The notes: generated by a model not told the origin, from the sequence alone. A DNA stretch of 64,000 nucleotides from Bacteroidota bacterium (GCA_011050615.1 DRFJ01000052.1:11573-75572), one strand, 5' to 3'. Numbered from the stretch's first letter, positions 19,391 through 28,770 are shown. Numbers and translations: made by a program.

Positions 19391-19424
19391 TCTTTATACA
19401 TTTATCATTATAAAAATATATCTT

Positions 19425-20012
19425 ATGAGCGATTACATACCCACCCGCGGGGAAGCCCTGAACCTATTCAGGAAATATAATAAATCAGAGAGCCTATACA
19501 AGCATGCCCTGGCCGTTGAAGGAGTCATGAGATACATGGCGAGAAAAAATGGTGAGGACGAAGACAAATGGGGCATAATTGGTTTAATACATGATCTGGA
19601 TTACGAAATGTATCCTGATCAGCACTGCCGGAAGACAGAGGAGATACTGAGGCAGAACAACTGGCCGGAGGAATATATAAGGGCTGTGATGAGTCATGGA
19701 TGGGGGATAGTCACAGATGCAGAGCCACAGAGCCCGCTTGAAAAAACCCTGTACGCTATGGATGAATTAACAGGTCTGGTGACCACAACTGCACTTGTTC
19801 GCCCCTCTAAAAGCGTTCTCGACATGAAGGTAAAATCTGTAAAGAAGAAATGGAACGATAAGCGTTTTGCGGCCGGTGTTGACAGGTCTATAATAGAAAA
19901 GGGAGCAGCCCTGCTTGAAGTAGAGCTGTCAGAATTAATTCAGGATTGCATAGATGGAATGTGTGAAGTGGCTGAGGAAATAGGCCTGAAAGGAGAATTA
20001 ACTGATAAATAA
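19425..20012 (+). CDS. HD/HDIG domain phosphohydrolase
   Basis: 'HALAVEGVM...IGLIHDLDYEMYPDQH' provides the H...HD...D metal-binding pattern. Confidence 0.8.
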   Translation: MSDYIPTRGEALNLFRKYNKSESLYKHALAVEGVMRYMARKNGEDEDKWGIIGLIHDLDYEMYPDQHCRKTEEILRQNNWPEEYIRAVMSHGWGIVTDAEPQSPLEKTLYAMDELTGLVTTTALVRPSKSVLDMKVKSVKKKWNDKRFAAGVDRSIIEKGAALLEVELSELIQDCIDGMCEVAEEIGLKGELTDK

Positions 20013-20020
20013 AATGAATG

Positions 20021-20071
20021 TCGAATATCGAATGCCGAATAATGAAGTGGTATCAACTAAATTCGATATTC
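20021..20071. terminator. inverted repeat between convergent genes (weak terminator candidate)
   Basis: CGAATATCGAAT (20021-20032) is complementary to ATTCGATATTCG (20060-20071), with a 27-nt loop. The right arm sits in a short TCGATAT tandem. Confidence 0.35.
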
Positions 20072-20141
20072 GATATTCTTCATCCATAAGTTCCTTTATT
20101 TACTTCCGGGAAATTATAACTAACGATGTACTTTTTATTTT

Positions 20142-20903
20142 TTACAGTTCCTTGATCTTTATATTCCTGAACCAAACATCATTGCCGTGGTCCTGAAGTC
20201 CTATATATCCCTCCCTGGCAGTGTTAATGAATTCGGGCATATCGGCAAATTTTGAATTGGCGCACATCTCCTTCCACTGATCGGTCCACAGGTGGTATTC
20301 AACCACATTCTCTCCATTTTGAGTATGAACAACTGTACCGTCATAAACCAGTATTCTTACCTGGTTCCATTCGCCGGCAGGTTTTGCATTCTGTGGCACA
20401 GCCGGTATGAGATCATAGAGGGATCCTGCCTGGCGGTTACCCTCCTTTCCAAGCTTGGCATCCACATGCCTTTCATTATCAAGTATCTGCATCTCGGGAG
20501 CAGATATATAGATAGGTTTTCCCTCCAGTTCCTGAGCAAGGTAAAAGATGCCGCTGTTACCTCCTTCGGATATTTTCCATTCAAGGGATAGTTCGAAATT
20601 GGAGTACTTCTTTTTTGTGATTATGTCACCTCCCTTTCCTCCGGCTTCACCCATGCCGGATCCCATACAATGCAATGTGCCGTCAACTATCTCCCAGCCT
20701 GCTTCAGGGAATTCTTCCTTGTTATATCCCCTGAAGTTCTCGGTGGAGGTACCGTCAAACAGGATTGTCCATTCGTCTTCAGTTGTAGCTTCAACATCTT
20801 CTGTTTTAGCTTCTTCCCCCTTCTTTTCATTTCCTGAAGTTCCACAGGAATTATTCAGAAACATAATAAGTAAAAATGCCGGTAAAAGATTAATTATTCT
20901 CAT
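20142..20903 (-). CDS. DUF1080 (3-keto-disaccharide hydrolase fold) lipoprotein
   Basis: Lipobox 'LNNSCG'. C-terminal 'GYIGLQDHGNDVWFRNIKIKEL' is characteristic of DUF1080. Confidence 0.8.
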   Translation of the reverse strand: MRIINLLPAFLLIMFLNNSCGTSGNEKKGEEAKTEDVEATTEDEWTILFDGTSTENFRGYNKEEFPEAGWEIVDGTLHCMGSGMGEAGGKGGDIITKKKYSNFELSLEWKISEGGNSGIFYLAQELEGKPIYISAPEMQILDNERHVDAKLGKEGNRQAGSLYDLIPAVPQNAKPAGEWNQVRILVYDGTVVHTQNGENVVEYHLWTDQWKEMCANSKFADMPEFINTAREGYIGLQDHGNDVWFRNIKIKEL

Positions 20904-20934
20904 ATTCTTTAAGTTTTAAGATTATTATTATTAT

Positions 20935-22422
20935 TTATGGCATGGCAGGTAAAGTCCAGCCTTCACGATAAGTATGTTTTATCATTTCATTTGCAAATTC
21001 CCTGGCATTCATTGGATCGGTCCATACAGTGTTAAAGGTAGGATGTCCGTCCTTAATGCTGAAATTATCTTCGAGTACTATTTTTAGTTCCTCGTTGCCA
21101 TGGATATTTGTAAACTCCATTTTTTCTCCATCCCATTCCAGCTCTTTATTCAATGCCTGCAGTCTGACAGCAAGCACGCCCATTACCACCATTTCATTAA
21201 AAGGTCCGGCTTCGGCAAAGTCTGATTTGGAAGGAACCCGGCTTTCAGGGCTTTCCTTACATGCACGCGCCCAGTCGGCCTCATGACTTACGGTCACCCT
21301 TCTCTGAGTCTTTGGCGCATCGGGCACGCGACCTGACAACAACCAGGGGTCCTTACCGTAACAACCACAGATTAGTTTGTCTTTTGTACCGTGGAAGATA
21401 ACACCACCGCCGTTATCATTCATATTCTTGCCTGCCGGCCATCCTTCAGGCTTCATCGGTTGCAATCCACCATCATACCAGGTTACCTCCACTTCAGGAA
21501 GGCTGATCCTGTAATCAGGCCTGTCTGGTCTGGATGGATAGGTAAGTTTGACCATTTCAGCATTTGGTGCACAATCTGTTAACAGGAGGGTGGAGCTTCC
21601 CTGTACTTTGGTGGGATATTTTAACTTTAATCCTACAAAGACAGGATGCAATATATGGCAGGCCATATCACCAAGAGCCCCTGTTCCGAAATCCCACCAT
21701 CCCCTCCAGTTCCATGGTGTATAAATACTGTGATAAGGTCTCCAATTGGCAGGTCCTATAAATAGGTCCCAGTCAAGGGTTTCAGGCACAGCCATTTTCT
21801 CACTTGGCCTGTTCAAACCCTGGGGCCATATCGGGCGGTCAGTGAAAGCTTCCACCCTGGTAATTTCCCCTATCTCGCCGTTCTGTATCCATTCAACAAC
21901 CCGGTTTACTCCTTCACCTGATGCTCCCTGGTTACCCATCTGGGTAGCAAGTTTATTTTTGGCAGCAAGCCTGGTAAGCAGGCGTGACTCATATACCGTA
22001 TGGGTAAGCGGCTTCTGCAAATAGACATGTTTCCCCATATCCAGGGCATGAGCTGCCGTGATAGCATGGGTATGATCGGCAGTGGCAATAACTACCGCAT
22101 CAATATCTTTTCCCATCTCATCATACATCTTTCTGAAATCCCAGTATCGTTTTGCTTTCGGATAATTATCGAATTTTGACTTTGCATACGCCCAGTCAAC
22201 GTCACATACAGCAACTATATTTTCCTTATCCTTCAGCTTCATCAGGTTGGCATTACCCATACCTCCAACGCCTATTCCGGCTATATTAAGTTTATCGCTT
22301 GGTGGAATATGTCCAAGTCCGCTGACCACAGAACTTGGCAGAACTGTAAGGCCGGCAGCGGCTGCAGTGGTAGTCCCGATAAATGAACGCCGTGAAATCT
22401 TGCTTGATTTTTCTTTCATCAT
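20935..22422 (-). CDS. TAT-exported Gfo/Idh/MocA family oxidoreductase
   Basis: Start chosen at MMKEKSSKISRRSFIGTTTAAAAGL (twin-arginine leader). Rossmann motif 'LNIAGIGVGGMGNANL'. Confidence 0.85.
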   Translation of the reverse strand: MMKEKSSKISRRSFIGTTTAAAAGLTVLPSSVVSGLGHIPPSDKLNIAGIGVGGMGNANLMKLKDKENIVAVCDVDWAYAKSKFDNYPKAKRYWDFRKMYDEMGKDIDAVVIATADHTHAITAAHALDMGKHVYLQKPLTHTVYESRLLTRLAAKNKLATQMGNQGASGEGVNRVVEWIQNGEIGEITRVEAFTDRPIWPQGLNRPSEKMAVPETLDWDLFIGPANWRPYHSIYTPWNWRGWWDFGTGALGDMACHILHPVFVGLKLKYPTKVQGSSTLLLTDCAPNAEMVKLTYPSRPDRPDYRISLPEVEVTWYDGGLQPMKPEGWPAGKNMNDNGGGVIFHGTKDKLICGCYGKDPWLLSGRVPDAPKTQRRVTVSHEADWARACKESPESRVPSKSDFAEAGPFNEMVVMGVLAVRLQALNKELEWDGEKMEFTNIHGNEELKIVLEDNFSIKDGHPTFNTVWTDPMNAREFANEMIKHTYREGWTLPAMP

Positions 22423-22549
22423 TAGGTAAATTTTAGTTTTGAAACTTTTAAAATTATAAAAAACATAAGAATTACCATTCATAACAAAGGAAAAATTGAC
22501 TTTTTATAGTCCCAGAAAAAGAATAAATTGCGATTCAATTAATATTACT

Positions 22550-23023
22550 ATGAGTGAACAGACTATATCACTGGGCGAACGAGAAGACAAACCACTGGTA
22601 AGGATAATGATAGTTATTTTCGGCCTACTCTGTATCTTCACCGCAGGATGGTGGACGGTATTCCTGGTAAAATATCCTGATAACGAGAAAATTTTCTGGG
22701 CTGGCAGCATCTTCCTCTTTCTTTTCGGCATTTTCCAGGTATATTCCGGACTGGGGTATGCAAAAAGATATGTAAAAAGGGAAAACGGTAACATTACTCT
22801 CAGGCAAAACAGCCTGCTTCCTGCAAAAAAGGTAAGCTCTGACCAGATAAGGCAACTGGAAATAAGATCATACGATATGGTCCTCCATCGTAATGATTTA
22901 CCCAGGATCAGGATCAAACTCGGACTCAGGTACCCTGATCTGGGGCAAAAGGTTAGGGATTTCATAATTGACTATGCTGAGGAAAATAATATTGAAATTT
23001 TTTATAAAAACGAAGCGCTATGA
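22550..23023 (+). CDS. small membrane protein (two predicted TM helices), unknown function
   Basis: ATG at 22550 is preferred over TTG at 22496. Hydrophobic segments 'IMIVIFGLLCIFTAGWWTVFLV' and 'FWAGSIFLFLFGIFQVYSGL'. Its stop overlaps the next start (ATGA at 23020-23023). Confidence 0.5.
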   Translation: MSEQTISLGEREDKPLVRIMIVIFGLLCIFTAGWWTVFLVKYPDNEKIFWAGSIFLFLFGIFQVYSGLGYAKRYVKRENGNITLRQNSLLPAKKVSSDQIRQLEIRSYDMVLHRNDLPRIRIKLGLRYPDLGQKVRDFIIDYAEENNIEIFYKNEAL

Positions 23024-24165
23024 AACTGAAAATGGCCATGATAGGCGGAGGCATCGGCTCATTCATCGGCCCTGTACACCTTATGGCCGCAAGAATGGAC
23101 AATATGATAGAGCTTGTTGCCGGTGCATTCAGCAGCAATCCAGGCACCTCACGCAGGAGCGGCATTGAATATGGTTTAAGCAAAGAACGGATATATGACG
23201 ACTGGCATGATATGATTTGCAAGGAAGCAGGGCTCCCTGATGGTATTCGTCCCGATTTTATTTGCATAGCAAGCCCCAATCACCTGCATTTTAAACCTGC
23301 CATGGAAGCAATCGCAGCAGGCTTTCATATTGTATGTGACAAACCTCTGTGCCTGACTGTGGAAGAAGCGATTCAACTCAGGGATGCACTGAGAACCACC
23401 AATAAACTATTTTGTCTTACACACAACTATACCGCTTATCCCATGGTCAAAAAAGCGAGGGAAATGGTACGGGATGGTGAACTTGGTATTGTCCGGAAAG
23501 TAGTGGTCGAATATTTACAGGGATGGTTATCAGACAGGGAAGAAGAAAAAGGGAATAAGCAGGCTGAATGGAGGGCCGACCCGGCCAGGGCAGGTAATGC
23601 AGGCTGTATGGGAGACATAGGTACTCACGCCTTCCAGTTGTCAGAATATATTACCGGGAAGAAGGTAGAAAAACTTTATGCACAACTCAATACCTTTGTT
23701 GAAGGACGCCTCCTTGAGGATGATGGAAATGTATTATTGAATTTTGAATGTGGTATAAAAGGCAGTCTGGTGGCCAGCCAGGTGGCCCTTGGCGAGGAGA
23801 ATGCCTTCAGCATCAGGATATATGGCAGCAATGGCAGCCTCAGATGGGAGCAGATGGAACCTAACAGTCTTGTCGTGAGATGGAAAGACCGGCCCATGCA
23901 GGTATACAGGACAGGGGCAGGATTTAAGGCCATGGGTCACATCGCAGGCTTGCATACCAGGCTTCCGGCAGGCCATCCTGAAGGCTTCATAGAAGCCTTT
24001 GCCAGCCTGTACCGTAATTTTGCCCTCCACCTTCAGTCATATAAGAAAGGTGAAAAGCCTGATCCCGACTATGATTACCCGGGTATAGAGGATGGCCTGC
24101 GTGGCATGCGGTTCCTTGAAGCTGTCGTAAGATCTTCCAGGAATAAAAAATGGACTAATGTATAA
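23020..24165 (+). CDS. Gfo/Idh/MocA family oxidoreductase (no signal peptide)
   Basis: N-terminal Rossmann motif 'MKLKMAMIGGGIGSFIGPVH'. The C-terminal alpha/beta domain is typical of the family. Confidence 0.85.
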   Translation: MKLKMAMIGGGIGSFIGPVHLMAARMDNMIELVAGAFSSNPGTSRRSGIEYGLSKERIYDDWHDMICKEAGLPDGIRPDFICIASPNHLHFKPAMEAIAAGFHIVCDKPLCLTVEEAIQLRDALRTTNKLFCLTHNYTAYPMVKKAREMVRDGELGIVRKVVVEYLQGWLSDREEEKGNKQAEWRADPARAGNAGCMGDIGTHAFQLSEYITGKKVEKLYAQLNTFVEGRLLEDDGNVLLNFECGIKGSLVASQVALGEENAFSIRIYGSNGSLRWEQMEPNSLVVRWKDRPMQVYRTGAGFKAMGHIAGLHTRLPAGHPEGFIEAFASLYRNFALHLQSYKKGEKPDPDYDYPGIEDGLRGMRFLEAVVRSSRNKKWTNV

Positions 24166-24240
24166 TTATCAACCGGGCCCCGGCTTATCAGTGTGAGCGG
24201 GCAATTAATAAGCGCGCCAGCCTGGAGATGGTTTATTCCT

Positions 24241-25080
24241 TCAGAGAATATTCTCCAGCAGGTAGTTCCTGCTTATCTCTATACTTTCAAAAGGGGTATG
24301 CGTTCTGCAGTTATCCTGTTCAACAAAGAAATACTCCATGCCGGCAGTCACAGCCTTTGCAAATATGGGTTTAAAATTTATTGTTCCTTCACCCAGTGTG
24401 GCATCCTCTTTGTCTTCTGAAAGATCTTTCACATGCCATAGTTCAAAACGGCCCGGATATTTCTCAAAATATTCCAGTGGGTCATTCCCCGACTTCGTTA
24501 TCCAGGCAAGATCGAGCTGGAAAGTAACCAGGCCCGGATCTGTATTTTTCAGAAAAACGTCATAGGGTATCTGTCCCTCTACGGGTTCAAATTCGGCAGT
24601 GTGATTATGAAATCCCAGCTTCATCCCGTTTTCACGGCATTTTTCACCCGCCATATTCATAAAATCAGCTGTTTGTTTAAGGGCATCACCGCTGCTTATC
24701 CAGTTATTCGGAAGTGAAGGTATAACAAGGTACTGAAGGCCTGCTTCGGCAGCTGCACCGACTACCTCATCAAGGTTATCCTCATTTAATCCATTATGGC
24801 TGCTAATGAGTTGCATGCCCCTGCTTTCAACCATTTTTCTGAAATCAGCAGGTTTCCTGCCATAGAATTTACCGCCATCATAGCTGGCAGCTTCCAGCCA
24901 GTTATAACCTATTTCTGCAATCCGGTCAAGGCTTGCTTCCGGGTTTTTTCTCATATCATCCCTTAGGGTATAAAGTATAAGTCCCGTTTTTTTCACTTCT
25001 GATGAGCATGCGAACGAGGGCATTACTGCAACAGCCGTGGTGCCGGCAATTGTTGTCTTGATAAAACTACGTCTTTTCAT
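24241..25080 (-). CDS. TAT-exported sugar phosphate isomerase/epimerase (xylose-isomerase-like TIM barrel)
   Basis: Leader 'MKRRSFIKTTIAGTTAVAVMPSFAC'. AP-endonuclease-2/xylose isomerase-like barrel ('GFHNHTAEFE', 'WHVKD'). Confidence 0.82.
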   Translation of the reverse strand: MKRRSFIKTTIAGTTAVAVMPSFACSSEVKKTGLILYTLRDDMRKNPEASLDRIAEIGYNWLEAASYDGGKFYGRKPADFRKMVESRGMQLISSHNGLNEDNLDEVVGAAAEAGLQYLVIPSLPNNWISSGDALKQTADFMNMAGEKCRENGMKLGFHNHTAEFEPVEGQIPYDVFLKNTDPGLVTFQLDLAWITKSGNDPLEYFEKYPGRFELWHVKDLSEDKEDATLGEGTINFKPIFAKAVTAGMEYFFVEQDNCRTHTPFESIEISRNYLLENIL

Positions 25081-25195
25081 TCGTTTAGAATTTTATAATT
25101 AACTGAATATAACTTAATTAAAAATTTGAGAACAAATGCAAGCGCTTACTCACGGTAAAACTGTTCGTTAGCTCGCTGTGCACGGTTCGCTCCCG

Positions 25196-25249
25196 CATGA
25201 AAAATTTAATTATCTTCTATTATGAAGTAAGAGATTAAATTTATTCATG
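25196..25249 (-). terminator. AT-rich hairpin downstream of the 25280 gene (weak terminator candidate)
   Basis: CATGAAAAATTTAAT (25196-25210) pairs with ATTAAATTTATTCATG (25234-25249), giving 15 bp with one bulged A. There is no clear U-tract. Confidence 0.3.
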
Positions 25250-25279
25250 CTCGTTTCATTTTATGAGATATTAGGTTAA

Positions 25280-26848
25280 TCAGATTATTGTTTCATTTTC
25301 CCTGTCCCACTTGACTTTCCGTCCTTCCCTGTAAGCCATTGTTCCCATATGTGCGGTAATAGCTTCTTCGAAGCCCTGCTCAATATCACAGGATGGGGTT
25401 TCCCCTGTCCTGATACAGTTAAGCCATTCCCTTATATGAAGATGTGTTGTATCAACTCTTTTACCTCCCCTGTAGGTATAGAGCAGTCCGCGTCCGGCAA
25501 AATACTGTTCCGTTGCAGAGGTAACCGCATCAATACTCTTCCTGCCCGGGACATATGACAGTATCGGTATTGTTGGGTCAATTATGCCCTTATCAAGTTT
25601 CTCCCTGTACCGTGTTGAATTGTGATCGGCATAGACACTTATTGAATTGCTCACTTCCATATACCCGTCATGTCCCATTATAATCTTGCCCCTGGATTTA
25701 CTGTTTGCAAGCGTGGCGCTGTACATCATTGCCAGGTCATATTCATCAAACTCGAAGACTGTATGCAAGACGTCGGGAACTGTCCTTCCATCTTTAAAAT
25801 GATAAATTCCGCCCGATGACACTGCCGTATCAGGTATTCCAAGGCCAAGGATCTGGTTCATTGCATCATACTCATGTGTAAGCAGATCACCTGACAGCCC
25901 GGTGCTGTAATCCCACCAGCATCTCCACCTGAAAAAGCGTTCAAGGCTGAAATCGTGCCATGGTGCCTGCCCAATAAACATGGGCCAGTCAATGGTTTCA
26001 GGATTTGCTTCAGGGTGAATAGGGTAAACCCAGGCACCGTTAGGGGTATTCCTGTTAGTAGTAACTTCGATAAGGTTTACACTGCCGATAACATTATTAT
26101 CAATAAGCTCCCTGGCTTTATTATAAGCTTCAGTCTGTCTGCCCTGGTGGCCGAGCTGGAAGACCACACCTGTTTCCCTTATTGCTTTACGCAGTTCGTA
26201 TGTTTCTTCCACCGACCAGCTCATAGGCTTCTCACAGTAAATATGCTTACCTGCCCTGGCCGCCTCTATTGCCATTGGTGCATGCCAGTGGTCGGGTGTG
26301 GCAATAATTACCGCATCAACATTTTTGTCTGCAATAAGATCACGGTAGTCATTATAAATCACGGGCATATCGCCGAAGCTGATATCGGTTCCCTTCCGGT
26401 CGATATTTGCACATGTCTCACTGGCTTTCCTGGCATATACGGAAAATATATCACAAACAGCAGTTACCTCAACATTGAGATCATCCTGCTCAATAAATTC
26501 CTGATATCTCGTATCGGCGCTGTTGGCTGCTGCATCTTTTTTCATTGCCTCAACAGTTTCAGGGTGAAGAAATCCCGCTGCTTTTGCAATCTGGGGTCCT
26601 CTTATGCCAAATCCGATAATGCCCAGCCTTATCTTTTCACCGGTAAGAGGCTGATCATTTATTTCCGGTTCATCATCTGAGAGACTGATATTCTCCAGGA
26701 TATTGTTCCTGAGTTGCCGGGTATGCTTCCTTTTCCTGTAAAATGCAAAAGCAAAAGCTCCCAGTACGGGCACAGTAGCCAGGCCTTTGACAAGATCACG
26801 CCTGCTTATCCCGGACGATTCATCATTTTTATCAGTGATTTCGCTCAT
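25280..26848 (-). CDS. TAT-exported Gfo/Idh/MocA family oxidoreductase
   Basis: Leader 'SRRDLVKGLATVPVLGAFAFAF'. Rossmann motif 'IRLGIIGFGIRGPQIAKAA'. Confidence 0.85.
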   Translation of the reverse strand: MSEITDKNDESSGISRRDLVKGLATVPVLGAFAFAFYRKRKHTRQLRNNILENISLSDDEPEINDQPLTGEKIRLGIIGFGIRGPQIAKAAGFLHPETVEAMKKDAAANSADTRYQEFIEQDDLNVEVTAVCDIFSVYARKASETCANIDRKGTDISFGDMPVIYNDYRDLIADKNVDAVIIATPDHWHAPMAIEAARAGKHIYCEKPMSWSVEETYELRKAIRETGVVFQLGHQGRQTEAYNKARELIDNNVIGSVNLIEVTTNRNTPNGAWVYPIHPEANPETIDWPMFIGQAPWHDFSLERFFRWRCWWDYSTGLSGDLLTHEYDAMNQILGLGIPDTAVSSGGIYHFKDGRTVPDVLHTVFEFDEYDLAMMYSATLANSKSRGKIIMGHDGYMEVSNSISVYADHNSTRYREKLDKGIIDPTIPILSYVPGRKSIDAVTSATEQYFAGRGLLYTYRGGKRVDTTHLHIREWLNCIRTGETPSCDIEQGFEEAITAHMGTMAYREGRKVKWDRENETII

Positions 26849-26857
26849 ATTTTATAT

Positions 26858-27337
26858 TTACTTTCTCTTATAAATGAATCTGTCAAAACCAATTTGCATC
26901 GAGGCGGGGAATACGAGCAGTACAGCAAGGGCTGCCATTTCGATAAGGTTCTTGTTCACCCACAGGTAAGATCCTTCAGAAGGCACTGAAAAAGAGTAGC
27001 CAACCATTGGAGGATGAGACAGGTAATACATCCCCAGCAATCCTATTCCAGCAATTATGGAAATTCTTGAAAACAAGCCCAGTATTAAGCCCAGGCCTAT
27101 AAGTATCAGTCCCCATATATTAAGAAAGTCTACAACTTTCAGAACATCAGGATTTGAGGCCAGGGAGTAGAAGAATGATGATAAAAATCCTTTTGAGTCA
27201 AGCAGAAAAGCCACTGAAGACCAATCAGGATTTACAAGTTTTGATATTCCTTCATATAAGAAATGCCAACCTATCAAAACGCGCAACACTACCAGTAAGG
27301 TAAGTTGAATGTTGCTAAAATTTGTCTTTTCTGCCAT
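26858..27337 (-). CDS. DoxX family membrane protein
   Basis: Four hydrophobic helices. The N-terminal 'LLVVLRVLIGWHFLYEGISKL' is typical of DoxX. It ends 9 nt before the oxidoreductase start. Confidence 0.72.
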   Translation of the reverse strand: MAEKTNFSNIQLTLLVVLRVLIGWHFLYEGISKLVNPDWSSVAFLLDSKGFLSSFFYSLASNPDVLKVVDFLNIWGLILIGLGLILGLFSRISIIAGIGLLGMYYLSHPPMVGYSFSVPSEGSYLWVNKNLIEMAALAVLLVFPASMQIGFDRFIYKRK

Positions 27338-27449
27338 TTCCCGTAATTCTCGTAAAATTATAAATAAAGCGCAAATTTATCACTTCTGCCGGATTGAGCA
27401 AAATAGCATTCCTATTTAATTCATTAACTTTATGAAAAATTAACATTGT

Positions 27450-28460
27450 ATGAAAGCCGCCTATTTTACATCACTTGAAGAAAACAAAATAAGATGCATG
27501 CTATGCCCGCATAATTGTCTTCTCAAACCCGGAGAAACAGGCAAATGCAAGGTAAGGCATAACATTGACGGTACAATGCAAACAGATGTATATGAAAATG
27601 TCTCTGCTCTCGCCCTCGATCCCATCGAAAAAAAACCACTATACCATTTCTATCCCGGTACGCAAATACTATCAGTGGGATCATTTGGCTGTAATATGCA
27701 GTGTCCATTCTGCCAGAATTACGAAATATCTCAGCCTTCGGTCAGTATTATGAACAGAAGAAAGAATCATTTCACCTCCCGGCAGATATTGCACGAGGCA
27801 CAGCAAATAAGTTCCAATACAGGGCTTGCCTTCACTTATAATGAACCAATTGTGTGGTATGAATTCATGATGGAAATGGCTGTAAACGCCAAAAAATCCG
27901 GACTTTCCACTGTCATGGTAAGCAACGGCTATATCAACAGGGCGCCCTTGCTGGAACTGATTAAATATATTGATGCCTTTAATATTGACCTGAAAGCTTT
28001 CAATAATGATTTTTACAGGCAGTATACAGGAGCAGGAATAAAGCCCGTACTGAATACCCTTAAAGATATTCAGTCGGGCGGAAAGTATCTTGAGATCACA
28101 TATCTTGTTATCCCTGATTATAATGATATGCATGATGAATTCAGGGATTGTATAAATTGGATAAATGATAACCTTGGCCCCGATATTGTACTTCACCTGA
28201 GCAGGTATTTCCCCAACTACAATTTTTCAGCTCCCCCTACCCCTTCATCCACCTTGAAAGACCTGTTTTACATAGCCAGAGAGAAATTGAATTTTGTATA
28301 TCCCGGTAATATAAACATAACCGGTATAATGGATACAGTCTGCCCCGATTGCGGATCAGTTATTACAAGCCGGAGTGGCTACAGGATAAAGCATCTTAAC
28401 ACGGAAGATGGCAGCTGCTCAAAATGCGGACGACTAATCTACCGTCATTTTAGTCGCTGA
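27450..28460 (+). CDS. AmmeMemoRadiSam system radical SAM enzyme
   Basis: N-terminal Cys cluster 'CMLCPHNCLLKPGETGKCKVR' followed by radical SAM 'GCNMQCPFCQNYEIS'. C-terminal CX2C...CX2C Zn-ribbon-like tail. Confidence 0.82.
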   Translation: MKAAYFTSLEENKIRCMLCPHNCLLKPGETGKCKVRHNIDGTMQTDVYENVSALALDPIEKKPLYHFYPGTQILSVGSFGCNMQCPFCQNYEISQPSVSIMNRRKNHFTSRQILHEAQQISSNTGLAFTYNEPIVWYEFMMEMAVNAKKSGLSTVMVSNGYINRAPLLELIKYIDAFNIDLKAFNNDFYRQYTGAGIKPVLNTLKDIQSGGKYLEITYLVIPDYNDMHDEFRDCINWINDNLGPDIVLHLSRYFPNYNFSAPPTPSSTLKDLFYIAREKLNFVYPGNINITGIMDTVCPDCGSVITSRSGYRIKHLNTEDGSCSKCGRLIYRHFSR

Positions 28461-28740
28461 CCACCTTGCTTATCCTTGTAAATAAGCCATCAATGCCTTT
28501 AATCAGATCCTTACGCAGATTACGATAGTATTCCCTTACTTCACCAGCCTTTCCCTTATCACCCCTGTACCTTGTTTTTGAGAACATTTCATTTCTTAAT
28601 ACAACAGCATCTGCAACTATCTCAGCCAGCTGGTCCGACACCTTCTCCTCCCGGTTCATACTCATTGCTGCAAAACAATCCGAGATTACTTCATACACCA
28701 GGTAATCAATGTCTTTTTTTAAATCCCTTATATTAGCCAT
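28450..28740 (-). CDS. hypothetical protein (96 aa, helical)
   Basis: Clean ORF with coding-like composition. Its 3' end overlaps the convergent radical SAM gene by 11 nt. No family recognised. Confidence 0.45.
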   Translation of the reverse strand: MANIRDLKKDIDYLVYEVISDCFAAMSMNREEKVSDQLAEIVADAVVLRNEMFSKTRYRGDKGKAGEVREYYRNLRKDLIKGIDGLFTRISKVVSD

Positions 28741-28770
28741 CTTTTTTCTTATTACTTCTATAATAAATAT

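Noticed and set aside
13306-20012. KamA-like radical SAM, C25 peptidase and HD hydrolase considered as one functional operon.
   Set aside because: The genes are separated by 85-nt and 67-nt gaps. A separate TAATTTTG promoter box lies before the HD gene. The cellular locations (cytoplasmic versus T9SS-secreted) are unrelated. No evidence goes beyond co-orientation.
20021-20083. Short TCGATAT/CGAATAT repeats considered as a possible CRISPR or tandem array.
   Set aside because: There are only two to three 7-nt units forming a hairpin, with no spacer-repeat periodicity and no cas genes.
20014-20196. 60-aa ORF between the HD-domain gene and the DUF1080 gene.
   Set aside because: It is made of the inverted-repeat/TCGATAT tandem and the 3' end of the convergent gene. 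It is not coding-like.
25136-25200. GC-richer patch with CACGGT...GTTCG(C)T partial direct repeats and a GTGCAC palindrome in the 199-nt spacer.
   Set aside because: I could find no convincing secondary structure, riboswitch signature or ORF. The repeats are short and imperfect.
25955-26680. 241-aa plus-strand ORF antisense to the Gfo/Idh/MocA gene at 25280-26848.
   Set aside because: It is a shadow ORF. The opposite strand carries a clear TAT leader, a Rossmann motif and family-typical sequence. The antisense translation is Cys/Phe/Ile-rich nonsense. The same reasoning applies to 21029-22429 (+), 23176-24030 (-), 34234-35186 (+), 50277-51239 (+) and 52777-53308 (+).
27681-28196. 171-aa minus-strand ORF inside the AmmeMemoRadiSam gene.
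   Set aside because: It is antisense to an ORF with unambiguous radical SAM motifs. No motifs of its own.
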